Shown here piece after piece: positions 45,470 to 55,728 of a DNA stretch of 64,000 nt. A model generated the notes under the pieces. That model was not told the origin of the DNA. It saw only the letters and a list, made by a program, of their open reading frames with translations, and searched no databases. The stretch covers positions 82,090 to 146,089 of the forward strand of contig DATDSO010000010.1 of the NCBI GenBank assembly GCA_035291225.1, read 5' to 3'. Position numbers and translations under genes: made by a program. The stretch is from an archaeon. GTDB taxonomy: Archaea; Aenigmatarchaeota; Aenigmatarchaeia; Aenigmatarchaeales; JACQIB01. Position 1 is the stretch's first letter. The number at the start of each line of letters is the position of its first letter.

Positions 45470-48400
45470 ATGGGTTGTAATAAATTATTATTAGCTCTTG
45501 CTGTATTTTCTATTTTAATAATTTCTGTAGCAGCAACTCCAGCGCTTGCCGCAGATCCTGTAACAGATTTTTTTAATTGGCTTTTTGGAGTAACCGGAGC
45601 GCAGACAGGAAATGAAACTCCGGCATCTTCAAGCAGCACAACATCAAGTTCAACCACAACAACTACATCAATACCCAGCTGCGAGGGACCAATACCTTCT
45701 TCAGGATGTACATGTCCCAGTCCGGGCGGACCCGTTTATTATAGCGGCTTTTGTTGTAGCAATACTTATCAGGCCTCTACAGCTTGCGGAACAACTTCAA
45801 CTTATACTACAGCAACTTCCTCCTCTTCATGCCCATCTTCTGTCCTTTCTGTTTTAGGAGAAGGATGCCACTTCATGTACACCGGAAGTGATGGAAGATC
45901 TATTTATTGCAACAGCGGAATGACGCGCTCAATGAAAGAGAGCGACACAGCAGCGAAAGACGGATGCACGTCTGACACAACCACAACAACTTATTCCGGA
46001 ACAACAACCTCCTCTCTTCCTTCCACAAGCACCCCATGCACAATTGGCTCTGCGATAACTTCTCTCTGCAACTGCGGCGGGTATTCTTATAATTCTGGAT
46101 ATTGCTGTTCTTCAACATCGGGTTCAGGAAGCGGATATTTCCAGAGCAATGCCTGCGGGACAACCACAACTTATTACACTTCAACAACTTACTCTTCAAC
46201 ATGCCCTTCCACTGTTCTTTCTGTTTTAGGAACAGGATGCCATCAGATGTATACAGGAAACGATGGTAAAACAATTTACTGCGATAGTGGAATGACGCGC
46301 TCAATGAAAGAAGGAGACACCGCCTCAAAAAGTGGATGCACATCTGAATCAAATGTTTGTAGTTCCTCAAATCCGTGGTATTGCTATGATCAAACTTCTT
46401 GCACAGGAGTCTCTGCAAACTGGTGCAAGAGCAGCAGCACAAGTGGCGGATATTGCTCAACCTCAACATGCCCAACTTGTTCAAAGGACAGCGCATGGAA
46501 TTGTTATGACCAGAGCGGCTGCACAGGAGCTGGCGGAAATTGGTGCCAATCAGGAGGTTCAAGTTATGGATATTGTCAAAATTCTGCATGCCCAACCTGC
46601 AGTTCTTCGAGTCCATGGAATTGTTATGATGAAACTTCTTGCAAAGGAGCAACAGGAAATTGGTGCAAGAGTTCTGCCTCCTCGGGAGGAACTGCTACAT
46701 ACAGCTCTGGCTGGTGTTCTTCAAGTTCATGCCCAACCTGCGCCTCAACTTCAAAATATAATTGTTATACAGAAACAGACTGTAAAGGAGCAACAGGAAT
46801 CTGGTGCGGTTCTCAATCAGGTTCAGGAGGATATTGCGGTGAAGCGGTTTGCCCAACTTATACTTGTTCAAAGAGCGAGCCATGGAACTGTAAAGACCAA
46901 ACAACTTGTTCTGGCGCAGGAGCGAGCTGGTGCTCCGGCTCCGGAGGATATGGATATTGTTCAAGCTCATGCCCAACCTGCGACAAAACTAATCCGTGGA
47001 ATTGTTATACAAAAGAAGCGTGTACTGGCGTGAGTGCGCAATGGTGTTCGGGCTCGGGTGGTTATGGATATTGTTCCAGTTCAACATGTCCAACATGTAG
47101 CTCAACAACAAAATATAATTGTTACGATGAAACTTCCTGTAAAGGCGCAACGGGAAGCTGGTGCATTTCCCAATATGGAGGAAGCGGTTGGTGTCAAGAT
47201 TATTCATGTCCAACTTATACTTGTTCAAAATCAGAACCTTGGAATTGTAGAGATGAAACAACCTGTAAAGGTGCAGGAGCAAGCTGGTGCGGCAGTTGGT
47301 GTCAAACTAGCTCTTGCCCGACTTGTTCAAAATCTCAGATATGGAACTGCAACACAAAAGAAACTTGTACAGGAACAGGAGCAAACTGGTGCACAAGTCA
47401 AAATATAGCTTATGCTACGGCAGCGGGTGGAGCAGCAGCATCATCGCCACCGTCGTCTGGTTGGTGTCAAGAATCTTCCTGCCCAACTTACGCTTGTTCG
47501 AAAACAGAACCTTGGTATTGTTATGACCAGAATTCTTGCTCAGGAGCAGGAGCGAGTTGGTGCACTGGTTATGGCGGAGCAGGAGGTTATTGCCAAAGCG
47601 GATCCTGCCCAACTTATACATGCTCTTCTTCAAATCCATGGAATTGTTTCAAAGAAGAAGAATGCAAAGGAGCAGGAGCGCGGTGGTGTGTGACAACATC
47701 ATATGGAACTACCTTAAATGGGTGGTGCTCAAATTCCTGCCCAACTTGCAGCTCAACACAAAAGTATAATTGTTTTGATAAAACTTCCTGCGCGGGCAGC
47801 GATGGATACTGGTGCGGTACAGAATCAACAGGATGGTGCGCTGACCAAAAATGCGCCACTTGCAGTACAACCCAGCCATGGAACTGTTATGATAAAGAAA
47901 CATGCACAGGGGCAAGCGGAAGTTGGTGCACAAATCAATACAGCACTTATGGATCAACCGCAGTTGTTTCATCCGGCTGGTGCCAATCTAATGATTGCCC
48001 AACATGTTCAAAATCCCAGCCATGGAATTGTTTTATTGAAACAGACTGCAAAACAAACGGAGGCAACTGGTGCGGCACGTGGTGTCAAGACAGCTCATAC
48101 CAATGCCCATCAACAAAGGGCTACAATGTAGAGGAGAAAAAAGAAAATTTCATAAAACCTGAAAATTGCAAAGAGCAAAAAGATTCTAATACAGGTTACA
48201 CTAATTATGTTTGTGAAAAGAAGACTGAAGAAAAATGTCCAGAGCTTTCGGTAGATGTAAAAGAGAAATGCGAATCAAATAGTGGAAAGCTTACGATAAA
48301 GAAAGATAGGCGTGGCTGCGAATTTACAGACTGCAGATTCAAAGAAGAGTTTAATCCAGACAAGAAATTTATTTTAAAGAAATTTGACCGCTGCCCAACA

Positions 48401-49423
48401 GATGCTGAATTAAATGAATATCAAAGTTCCTGCGAAAAATCTGGCGGCACACTGAAAACAAGCTTGGAAGGCGGTTGTAAAATAGGATTTTGTTTGAACG
48501 CTGATGAGAATGAATGTGAAAGAGAAATAAATCCAAAGTTTGAGAAAGAGATCGAAGAGAAATGCAAGAAAGAGGGACTTGTGGTTGTGAAAGACTTTGA
48601 TCCGCGCGGCTGCACGGTTTTGCACTGCGGCGAACAAGACTTCTGCAAGAAAGTCCCGAAGAATGCTTATAGTGAGTGCGAGAACCAAGGCGGTGAGCTT
48701 GTTGTTAAAACAGATGAAAGAGGGTGCGCGACTTTCTCTGAATGTGTAAGGCCTGGAGATGAAAAAGTTTATTTGGAGGAGCATGAGAAAATAACTGAAA
48801 TTCCGGATGAAACAGAATTGCTTTCCCTTGCTTTGAAGCTCGAGGAATTAAAAGTTTCGTTTGATAAGATGTCAACTCAGGCAAAGGATCTGGCTAATTA
48901 TTATAAATCAACAGGAAGTTCAGAAGCTAAGAAGTTAACAAGAGTCGCAGATATGTTTGCTGCTGCTACTGGAAAAATAGATGAAATAAAAACAGCATTG
49001 AGAAACAAACTAACAACAATAACGCCGGCTGATTTAGAGGAGATAAAGCTTGAGATAAGGACAATCAGGAAAGTGACTTTGAAGGACATTTTGTATGTTA
49101 TGCTTAGCACAAAAGATGATGTGAAAGATATCGTTGATGAAAAGGAAAAAGATTGCGGCATAGATGGGCTCTGCTTTGACAAGAGCTTCAGAATATGCCA
49201 AAAAGCAATAATGAGATCTGACCAAGAGGGAACGTTTGTAAGAATAACTGGAGAAAGCGATGGAAAGTGCTTGATGGAAGCTGAAGCAAAAGTCGCTGGA
49301 ATCGCAGTTTCAATGAAATGCGAAGTGCCGAACTATGCTCTTGGATTTAAGAACCCAGAAACAGATGTACTTCCATACTGCACGGGCGGTTTAGTTGATG
49401 CTATAAAAACGGGAAAGGTTTAG
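45470..49423 (+). CDS. Giant secreted Cys-rich tandem-repeat protein (putative surface/adhesin protein).
   Basis: N-terminal signal peptide. S/T-rich tracts. More than 20 tandem ~40-aa modules of the form CPTC-x(3-5)-WNCY-x(3)-C-x-GA-x-G-x-WC. Four C-terminal C..C..GC..C modules in a Lys/Glu-rich region. Confidence 0.75.
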   Translation: MGCNKLLLALAVFSILIISVAATPALAADPVTDFFNWLFGVTGAQTGNETPASSSSTTSSSTTTTTSIPSCEGPIPSSGCTCPSPGGPVYYSGFCCSNTYQASTACGTTSTYTTATSSSSCPSSVLSVLGEGCHFMYTGSDGRSIYCNSGMTRSMKESDTAAKDGCTSDTTTTTYSGTTTSSLPSTSTPCTIGSAITSLCNCGGYSYNSGYCCSSTSGSGSGYFQSNACGTTTTYYTSTTYSSTCPSTVLSVLGTGCHQMYTGNDGKTIYCDSGMTRSMKEGDTASKSGCTSESNVCSSSNPWYCYDQTSCTGVSANWCKSSSTSGGYCSTSTCPTCSKDSAWNCYDQSGCTGAGGNWCQSGGSSYGYCQNSACPTCSSSSPWNCYDETSCKGATGNWCKSSASSGGTATYSSGWCSSSSCPTCASTSKYNCYTETDCKGATGIWCGSQSGSGGYCGEAVCPTYTCSKSEPWNCKDQTTCSGAGASWCSGSGGYGYCSSSCPTCDKTNPWNCYTKEACTGVSAQWCSGSGGYGYCSSSTCPTCSSTTKYNCYDETSCKGATGSWCISQYGGSGWCQDYSCPTYTCSKSEPWNCRDETTCKGAGASWCGSWCQTSSCPTCSKSQIWNCNTKETCTGTGANWCTSQNIAYATAAGGAAASSPPSSGWCQESSCPTYACSKTEPWYCYDQNSCSGAGASWCTGYGGAGGYCQSGSCPTYTCSSSNPWNCFKEEECKGAGARWCVTTSYGTTLNGWCSNSCPTCSSTQKYNCFDKTSCAGSDGYWCGTESTGWCADQKCATCSTTQPWNCYDKETCTGASGSWCTNQYSTYGSTAVVSSGWCQSNDCPTCSKSQPWNCFIETDCKTNGGNWCGTWCQDSSYQCPSTKGYNVEEKKENFIKPENCKEQKDSNTGYTNYVCEKKTEEKCPELSVDVKEKCESNSGKLTIKKDRRGCEFTDCRFKEEFNPDKKFILKKFDRCPTDAELNEYQSSCEKSGGTLKTSLEGGCKIGFCLNADENECEREINPKFEKEIEEKCKKEGLVVVKDFDPRGCTVLHCGEQDFCKKVPKNAYSECENQGGELVVKTDERGCATFSECVRPGDEKVYLEEHEKITEIPDETELLSLALKLEELKVSFDKMSTQAKDLANYYKSTGSSEAKKLTRVADMFAAATGKIDEIKTALRNKLTTITPADLEEIKLEIRTIRKVTLKDILYVMLSTKDDVKDIVDEKEKDCGIDGLCFDKSFRICQKAIMRSDQEGTFVRITGESDGKCLMEAEAKVAGIAVSMKCEVPNYALGFKNPETDVLPYCTGGLVDAIKTGKV
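46340..48110 (+). repeat. Coding tandem repeat array (about 22 six-cysteine modules, ~115-130 bp each) inside the giant gene.
   Basis: Recurring nucleotide words (tcatgcccaacctg, ccatggaattgttat, ggtgcaagag) at ~120-bp spacing. Opposite-strand ORFs over this region are repeat-induced artefacts. Confidence 0.7.
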
Positions 49424-49432
49424 GTGAGATAA

Positions 49433-49714
49433 ATGTTTGATTCAATAATTGCGGCAAGGAGAAAGGATTCGGGAAAAGATAGCGGCAGTTCGGATTTTAT
49501 TTCAAAAAACAAGACAGCACTAGCTCTTGTTTTGATATTGGTTGTTGTTGCGGTCTTTGTCGCGCAACCAAAGGGAGTTGTGCAGGGCCCGAGCACTCCA
49601 ATCGAATCGAAAATTTCAACTCAATCAGAAGCTGGAGAAACTATTTCAGACTTGAGCTCTTCTGCAGCAGCTGTTAGCTCTTTCTTGAAAGACATCGATA
49701 ATAGCATTGGTTGA
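49433..49714 (+). CDS. Small membrane-anchored hypothetical protein.
   Basis: GGTGAGATAA SD immediately upstream. One TM helix (ALALVLILVVVAVFV). Confidence 0.35.
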   Translation: MFDSIIAARRKDSGKDSGSSDFISKNKTALALVLILVVVAVFVAQPKGVVQGPSTPIESKISTQSEAGETISDLSSSAAAVSSFLKDIDNSIG

Positions 49715-49762
49715 ACCTCTGTCCCGAAAAACTTTATAAACCTTAAATGAAAAGAGTTTTCT

Positions 49763-50149
49763 ATGTTCTCGCAATTCAGAAGCCAGCGAAAGAAAACCGG
49801 CGGGCTCTACAACGAAATTAGGAAAAAGAAAAAAAGAGATTTGGGCAGCGATTTTATTCCGATTCACTTGAAGGAAAAGGAAAAAGTAAAATCTGTGAGA
49901 ATGACTGGCGGGGATTTGAAATTGAGAATGCTTGCCGCGAGCAAAGCAAATGTCCTTGACCCAGCGAGCGGAAAATCAAAAGTTGTGAAAATTGTAACAG
50001 TAAAAGAAAATTCTGCGAACCCGCACTTTGTGAGGATGAATGTCATCACGCGCGGGGCTGTTGTTGAAACAGAATTGGGCTTGGCAAAAATCACAAGCAG
50101 GCCCGGGCAGCATGGGGTTGTTAATGCTGTGCTTGTTGAGAAGAAGTAA
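49763..50149 (+). CDS. rps8e: Ribosomal protein S8e.
   Basis: RKKTGG and TGGxxKxRxL motifs are present. The C-terminus ITSRPGQHGVVNAVLVE matches archaeal S8e. Confidence 0.8.
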   Translation: MFSQFRSQRKKTGGLYNEIRKKKKRDLGSDFIPIHLKEKEKVKSVRMTGGDLKLRMLAASKANVLDPASGKSKVVKIVTVKENSANPHFVRMNVITRGAVVETELGLAKITSRPGQHGVVNAVLVEKK

Positions 50150-50198
50150 AATATGTTCTGTAAGATTCTTTGAAATTGAAATATGTTTTTAAATATTT

Positions 50199-51077
50199 TC
50201 AGTATGCAACTTTTATGCCCAAACCTTCTATAAGAGAAGCGCAGCTTTTTCTGACTGTTACTTCTGATACTCGTGCTCTCCAAGCAACTTCCCTCTGGGT
50301 TCTCCTTTCATTTGAAAGTATTGATGCTGCGTAAATCGCACCGGAGGCGACACCGCGCGGATCTTGCCTCGAGTTATATATTCCTTTTTCTTTCGCGTCA
50401 TCCAGAAATTTCCTCGCCTTTGCTGCAACTTCACCACTAAGCTTAAGCTCGGAGCAAAAGCCCGGAACATAATCCTTAGGTTCGAATCCCTTATTTTTGA
50501 GATGAAGTTTCCTTACTAGAACTTCTGATGTTCTCTCTGTAAGATCATAGTTACAACCAGATGCATGAGCGACATCTTCGGACATTATCGGAATTCTATT
50601 CTCGGTAGCAGAAGCAAAAACATAGCCACCGACCAAATCCATGTCTTCGGTTCCTTGAAAAAATCCGTCTTTTCTGTATTCTTCAAAAAGTTTTCTCGCG
50701 CCCGCTCTTTTGTAAAGTTGCAAAGCATAATCAGCGACTCGCTTCGGAAGCCCGAGCCTAGCGCAGGTTCCTTTTATAGCGCCCACAGCATCTTCATTAA
50801 GATTCATTGATTGGAATGAGACTGCTGTATGAACACTTCCAAGCCTTGTCCAATTTTCCCGTTCGCCTGCTTTTCTTGTTAAACCTTCAGTTTGAGATTC
50901 TATCCCCTCTATAACAGAACCCAAGAATGGCGTTAGCTCGCGCACGGGCGGAACGTATATACCATCACTTTCATCATTAACTAGACCGCAATCCACGCAA
51001 ACAAATTCTTCTTTTTCATCAACCTTGACTTCTTCGCTTCCGCACCCAGAACATTCATGAATCATTGTTTCCGCCAC
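50199..51077 (-). CDS. tfb: Transcription initiation factor TFB (TFIIB homolog).
   Basis: N-terminal Zn ribbon CSGCGS...CVDCG, a B-finger, and two cyclin-like repeats. A C-terminal HTH SEVTVRKSC is present. Confidence 0.9.
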   Translation of the reverse strand: MAETMIHECSGCGSEEVKVDEKEEFVCVDCGLVNDESDGIYVPPVRELTPFLGSVIEGIESQTEGLTRKAGERENWTRLGSVHTAVSFQSMNLNEDAVGAIKGTCARLGLPKRVADYALQLYKRAGARKLFEEYRKDGFFQGTEDMDLVGGYVFASATENRIPIMSEDVAHASGCNYDLTERTSEVLVRKLHLKNKGFEPKDYVPGFCSELKLSGEVAAKARKFLDDAKEKGIYNSRQDPRGVASGAIYAASILSNERRTQREVAWRARVSEVTVRKSCASLIEGLGIKVAY

Positions 51078-51213
51078 ATTTGCATTGGTAGCATAGATTT
51101 ATAAAGTTATTACCACTGGGCAGAAGGAGGTTTATAGAGGTGTTTTCATCGTGTTGGTGCCGATAACAGAATTTCTAAAAAATATTGTTGCGCTCGCTAG
51201 CAGAAATAAATTA

Positions 51214-51609
51214 TTAAAAATATTTTCTCTTTTTTCTATCAAATCTTGGGGAGGATATTGCAAGCAAAGTTAAACCTTTCATGTTTTTGTATTTGGTTCC
51301 ATGGGGCAGAAAAACCAAATCGCCTTTCTTTATTGTAAATTCTTTTCCCTCAATAATGCATTTTCCTTCGCCTTCCAAAACAAAGTAGGCAACATCGCTT
51401 TCCTTGTCAACACCAAGCTTTATGTCGTTCCCGACTTTTCTGACTATTGCAATGCTGAACTTCGGAAATTCTCGTGTGTTCAAAATGTCTGTTACTTTTG
51501 TATCGCCGAAATCATTCTCTTTCAAATCTTCTGCTCTGATAATTTTTGGTTCCATAAAAATTCTAGAAGAATTTTTGTGGCGCGAAAAGCTTTGCTTTTT
51601 TGCTGTCAT
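51214..51609 (-). CDS. Cupin-domain protein.
   Basis: Conserved cupin beta-barrel motifs (G(x)5F(x)2G...LPHGTKY). Confidence 0.55.
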   Translation of the reverse strand: MTAKKQSFSRHKNSSRIFMEPKIIRAEDLKENDFGDTKVTDILNTREFPKFSIAIVRKVGNDIKLGVDKESDVAYFVLEGEGKCIIEGKEFTIKKGDLVFLPHGTKYKNMKGLTLLAISSPRFDRKKRKYF

Positions 51610-52517
51610 AATATCACTTTCATCCCATCCTTCCCAACAATCGAATTCTTAAAAACTTTTTTTGCAGCAGCCAGAGTTTCTTTCGTATCTTTGTATCTGC
51701 GACTTAAATGCACGAGCGCAAGTTTTTTCACAGAATATTCTTTTGCGAGCGCAGCCACATCAGCAACAGCAGAGTGCGCTCTTCCTTCAACTGCTTCTAT
51801 AAAAGTTCCGTCATGAATTAACAAATCCGCGCCTGCGGCTGCGCGGAAAAATTCCTCTGTTGGCAGGCAGTCGCCAGAATAGGCAAATTTTCTGCCGAGA
51901 GAAATTTTTGAAATTTCGCTCAGGTTTATTGTTTTGTTTTTTATTTTCAATGAGCCTTTTAGTTTGAGCTCGCTCAACTGTGGTCCAATCTCCAAGCCAA
52001 ATTTCTTCGCCAGCTTTATGTCAATTTTCACATGAGGCTTTTCCGAAAAAACAAATCCGCAGGCAGGCACGCTGTGCTTTACTGGAGTGGAAAAAATTTC
52101 ATATTCAGAATTTTCAAAAAGTTTTTGTTTTTGTTCTATATCGCAGTCAATTGCGCGGATTTCAAAGCCAATTCCATAATAGCTCAGCTCCACAATTCCA
52201 TCAATAAATCGCGAGGCCTCTGGAGCGTAAATTTCTAATGGATTTTTTCTATCTAGGAGGTGCATTGTTTCAATCAACGGAAGCAAACCCGCAAAGTGGT
52301 CAGCGTGCCAGTGGGAAATGAAAATTTTTGAGATTTTCAGAGGAGAAATATTTTGCTTTTGCAAACCTAACTGGGCGGATTCACCGCAGTCAAACAGAAA
52401 AACATCCGCGCCCCTGCGCAAAACATAAGCAGCCTGCATTCTTTTCTCTGATGGAATTGAAGAGCCTGTTCCGAGAAAAAAGATTTCAAGTGGGAGGGGC
52501 ATGCAAATTGTGGGCAA
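51606..52517 (-). CDS. rnz: Ribonuclease Z (tRNA 3' endonuclease, metallo-beta-lactamase fold).
   Basis: The HWHADH motif and an FLGTGSSIP N-terminus. Size 303 aa. Confidence 0.85.
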   Translation of the reverse strand: MPTICMPLPLEIFFLGTGSSIPSEKRMQAAYVLRRGADVFLFDCGESAQLGLQKQNISPLKISKIFISHWHADHFAGLLPLIETMHLLDRKNPLEIYAPEASRFIDGIVELSYYGIGFEIRAIDCDIEQKQKLFENSEYEIFSTPVKHSVPACGFVFSEKPHVKIDIKLAKKFGLEIGPQLSELKLKGSLKIKNKTINLSEISKISLGRKFAYSGDCLPTEEFFRAAAGADLLIHDGTFIEAVEGRAHSAVADVAALAKEYSVKKLALVHLSRRYKDTKETLAAAKKVFKNSIVGKDGMKVIL

Positions 52518-52696
52518 CCGATAGATTTAAATATATGTGATAAGAAAATAAATTATGTCCATGGTGCCAGAATGGCCGGATAGACCAAATGTTTTTGTTG
52601 ATGAAGTTGATGAAGAAGGTGTGCCTTATGGATGGAGAGCCATGCACGCTCTTTCAGGTTCAAATCCTGACTATGAGTAGGTTTCTAAAATTTTTA

Positions 52697-54070
52697 TTAA
52701 AAATATTTTCTCAGAAAAATCCTGAAATCTTTTGTTGCTAAAATTGAAAGTGCTCGCTCGCCACAAATTAATTTTGCTTTTCTCATCGGGCCAGCGAGCT
52801 TGCTAGGAACTCCTGCAAGCAAAAGCTCTTTCTCGCTCGCAGACAAAAAGTTTTTCAGGAAACTTTCTGCTGTTGTAAATTCGCGCTCGGTTTCAACAAA
52901 CCAGTTTTCTCCCTCTATAGAAACTTTCTTGCCGGCATAGTGCTTCAAAAAGCCCTCAGATGGCTTGTGCGCGTAAATTGAAGGTCCTGCATGCTTTGTT
53001 GTTTTTGAAATTTCCCAGCTATCGAATTCCAGAATCACAACGCAGAATTTTTCGTCAAAGTAGCTGTCTGCTTTTAGAAGCCTAAAGCCTGCTTTCTGTA
53101 AACTCTGCTCAAATATTTTCAAAAGTTTTTTCAGCTGTGTCCAAATTATATCTCCATGAGTGCGCGGGCGCCCGAATTTTATTGCGCAGAAATAGGAGCC
53201 GCGCAATTTGATTTGCTTTTTTATTTCTGCTGAGCTTAGAGGCTTTTGCTGCGCTGGAAAGAAAAATTTGTCTGCTGGTTTGGAAAGGAAAGTGCGAGCG
53301 GCGAAAACAAATTTGTAAAAGCTTTCTGCAGAAACTGCTGCTGCAACGTTTCTATTTTTGTCAACTGGATCGATTACAATTAATGGAGAAGAGAATTTTT
53401 TGAAAAGCTCTGCGTGGGGGGGATTTGGATTTTTCAAGTCAATGGAAGTTCCAGCTGTCTGGTTGCCTGCAGCTTCTAAAACTTTTTGGAAGTTTCCATA
53501 TTTTAGAATTAACAATTCTGAAAGATAGCCAGAGAATCCGCTCGTGCGCAAGTCGGCTCCATAGCAGCCTGCTGCTGCCAAGAATTTTTTTAACAAGCGC
53601 ACTTGGTCTTTTTGTTCCGCGGAAATATTTTCCAGAACAAATTTCACATGATGCGGAGTGCGGTCAACTGCGGATTTTATTTTTTCTGGGAGGGCATCAT
53701 AGCATGGCACAATGTCCAAGTCAAAAGTTTCCCTACCGTGTTTTACAAGTGCGTGAACATACGGATGCTCTGCATATTCAAGCTCAAATTTTGATTTCAG
53801 AACAGAAGCGATTTTTTTTGCGAGCCCCAAGCCTTTTTCCTCAAATTCCTTCCTCTCCAAATTTTCTGGAAAAAGCAAAAACAAATCCAGCTCATTTTTG
53901 TCAGCGAGCCAAGTTCCTTTTGCGACAGAGCCGCAAATCATCGGTCTGCCTCCGAGATGTTTCGCTGTTTCAAGGAGTTTTTTCTCGAGAGCAAAAACCA
54001 TTTTTTCCTTTGCAGGAGATGGCCTGATTCTTTTCAGAACTCCAGTGAGAACGTTAGAGCTATTTTCCAT
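52697..54070 (-). CDS. cca: Archaeal class I CCA-adding enzyme (tRNA nucleotidyltransferase).
   Basis: The motif GSVAKGTWLADKNELDLFLLF (the GS...DxD nucleotidyltransferase signature). Size 457 aa. Confidence 0.85.
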   Translation of the reverse strand: MENSSNVLTGVLKRIRPSPAKEKMVFALEKKLLETAKHLGGRPMICGSVAKGTWLADKNELDLFLLFPENLERKEFEEKGLGLAKKIASVLKSKFELEYAEHPYVHALVKHGRETFDLDIVPCYDALPEKIKSAVDRTPHHVKFVLENISAEQKDQVRLLKKFLAAAGCYGADLRTSGFSGYLSELLILKYGNFQKVLEAAGNQTAGTSIDLKNPNPPHAELFKKFSSPLIVIDPVDKNRNVAAAVSAESFYKFVFAARTFLSKPADKFFFPAQQKPLSSAEIKKQIKLRGSYFCAIKFGRPRTHGDIIWTQLKKLLKIFEQSLQKAGFRLLKADSYFDEKFCVVILEFDSWEISKTTKHAGPSIYAHKPSEGFLKHYAGKKVSIEGENWFVETEREFTTAESFLKNFLSASEKELLLAGVPSKLAGPMRKAKLICGERALSILATKDFRIFLRKYF

Positions 54071-54129
54071 AAAGCTTATTGGGCTGTGCTTTTAAAAACT
54101 TTATAAACCGGCTATACAAAAAGTAATGT

Positions 54130-54780
54130 ATGACGGCAATTGAAGATGCTGTATCGTCGTTTGCGGGGAGTTTGACACAGCAGATACCTGTTATTCTAAC
54201 GCAGATTATAGCTGCAACCATAACTGTTCTGCTCGGGCTTGTAATAGGTAAAGTGATAGGGAGGGTTGCCAGAGAAATAGTTATACGATCAAGAATCGAT
54301 GAATGGATTTCTTCTGAAGATCATGTAAAGTTCAGAATTTCATCTATTCTTGATTTGGTCGTTCGGTGGACAATTTATTTCGTTTTCCTTAAGCAGGCCG
54401 CGATTTTCCTTGGGGTGGCTGCAATAACAGAATTCATCAACAACATGATAAATGTCATACCTAGCCTGCTTGAAGGATCTCTTATAATCATAATAGGCTA
54501 CGCTATAGCAGTCTACTTGAAAGACAAAATAATAAGTTCGAAAACTGTCTACAGCGATTTAACCGGAAAAATCATTTTCTTCTTTGTTGTTTACATTTCT
54601 ATTGCTCTTGCTTTGCCATTTGTCGGAATAAATCCAACACTTATCAACAATATACTTCTCGTCATAGCTGGTTCTGTTGGTTTGGGCTTGGCGATAGCCT
54701 TAGGCTGGGGACTGAAAGATGTTGTGAGAGACGTAGCGCATCAGTATGTGAAAAAATTTATTAGAAGCCGGAAGAGGTAA
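54130..54780 (+). CDS. Membrane protein with repeated conserved TM-helix modules (mechanosensitive-channel-associated type).
   Basis: Several TM helices with an internal repeat. A basic C-terminus. Confidence 0.45.
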   Translation: MTAIEDAVSSFAGSLTQQIPVILTQIIAATITVLLGLVIGKVIGRVAREIVIRSRIDEWISSEDHVKFRISSILDLVVRWTIYFVFLKQAAIFLGVAAITEFINNMINVIPSLLEGSLIIIIGYAIAVYLKDKIISSKTVYSDLTGKIIFFFVVYISIALALPFVGINPTLINNILLVIAGSVGLGLAIALGWGLKDVVRDVAHQYVKKFIRSRKR

Positions 54781-54786
54781 TTTAGA

Positions 54787-55230
54787 ATGTTTGTAAAAGA
54801 AGTTATGAAGACTGATGTGAAGAAAACAAGAGCTGATAGTAATGTAAAGGAAGCGGCGGAAATTATGAGCGATAACCACATAGGCTCTCTTATTGTTGTC
54901 GGCGGCGCGGGGGACGTGAAGGGGATTGTGACAGAAAGAGATATTCTAAAAAAAGTCGTTTCAAGAGGCTTCCGTTCCACGGATATTACAATTGAAAAAA
55001 TCATGACTCCTGTAGATGAGATGATTTCGGTTGATCCGAATTCAACTCTCGAAGAGGCCGCTGACCTCATGACACAAAATCATGTGAAAAGATTGCCTGT
55101 TGTTGAGGAAGGTCGGCTTGTTGGAATAATAACAGCCACCGATTTAATTGCGCAGGAAAAACTTCTTGTGGAAAAAGTCGCTGCTTTGCTCGCACTAAAA
55201 AGAGGAACTCAAATTTCAGTTGGTGGTTAG
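54787..55230 (+). CDS. CBS-pair domain protein.
   Basis: Two CBS motifs (..IGSLIVV.., ..VKRLPVVEEGRLVGIIT..). Confidence 0.7.
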   Translation: MFVKEVMKTDVKKTRADSNVKEAAEIMSDNHIGSLIVVGGAGDVKGIVTERDILKKVVSRGFRSTDITIEKIMTPVDEMISVDPNSTLEEAADLMTQNHVKRLPVVEEGRLVGIITATDLIAQEKLLVEKVAALLALKRGTQISVGG

Positions 55231-55662
55231 GTGCTTGTAAACGAATTGATGAAAGACAAAGTTGCGACAGCACGGATTTCAGATAATCTGGAAAAGGCTT
55301 TGGAACTAATGAAAAAAAATAAAGTCAGCTCGCTCGTTGTTCTAAAAAAGAAAAATGTTTGCGGGATAATAACGTATATAGATATTGCGAAATCTGCAAC
55401 GAGCTTGGGGGGTCTGAGAAAGATAAAAGTGAAATCAGCAATGCCGAAAAAACTTTTCTCTATAGGGCCGAGGGAAAATATTATGAAAGCTACGGAGCTC
55501 ATGAAGAAAGAAGGCATTAGAAGGCTTCCTGTTATAGAAGAGGGGGAGCTAAAGGGGATTATTACATCAGCCGATTTAATGGAGCATCAGAATGAAATTT
55601 TTTTCCGGGCCCAGAGAATTCTTTCTCTGAGATCAAATCTTAGAGACCGGTTCAGTTTCTAA
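55231..55662 (+). CDS. CBS-pair domain protein (tandem paralog).
   Basis: Two CBS motifs (..VSSLVVL.., ..IRRLPVIEEGELKGIIT..). Its start abuts the previous stop. Confidence 0.7.
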   Translation: MLVNELMKDKVATARISDNLEKALELMKKNKVSSLVVLKKKNVCGIITYIDIAKSATSLGGLRKIKVKSAMPKKLFSIGPRENIMKATELMKKEGIRRLPVIEEGELKGIITSADLMEHQNEIFFRAQRILSLRSNLRDRFSF

Positions 55663-55728
55663 TTTTTCTTTGAATTATTCTCGCGAAATTAGTTTACTAT
55701 TCTTTAGTTAGAAAGCTTTATATACTAT

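Noticed and set aside
46340-48110. Possible CRISPR-like periodic repeats.
   Set aside because: The periodicity is a protein-coding tandem repeat (~120 bp modules of diverged sequence in one long ORF). There is no repeat-spacer architecture and no cas genes.
45900-48131. Multiple 80-250-aa ORFs on the minus strand and in alternative plus frames inside the giant gene (e.g. 45900-46652, 46332-47033, 47718-48131).
   Set aside because: They are low-complexity Cys/Leu/Gln-rich translations of the tandem repeat. The repeat periodicity keeps alternative frames open. Only the signal-peptide-bearing frame is coherent.
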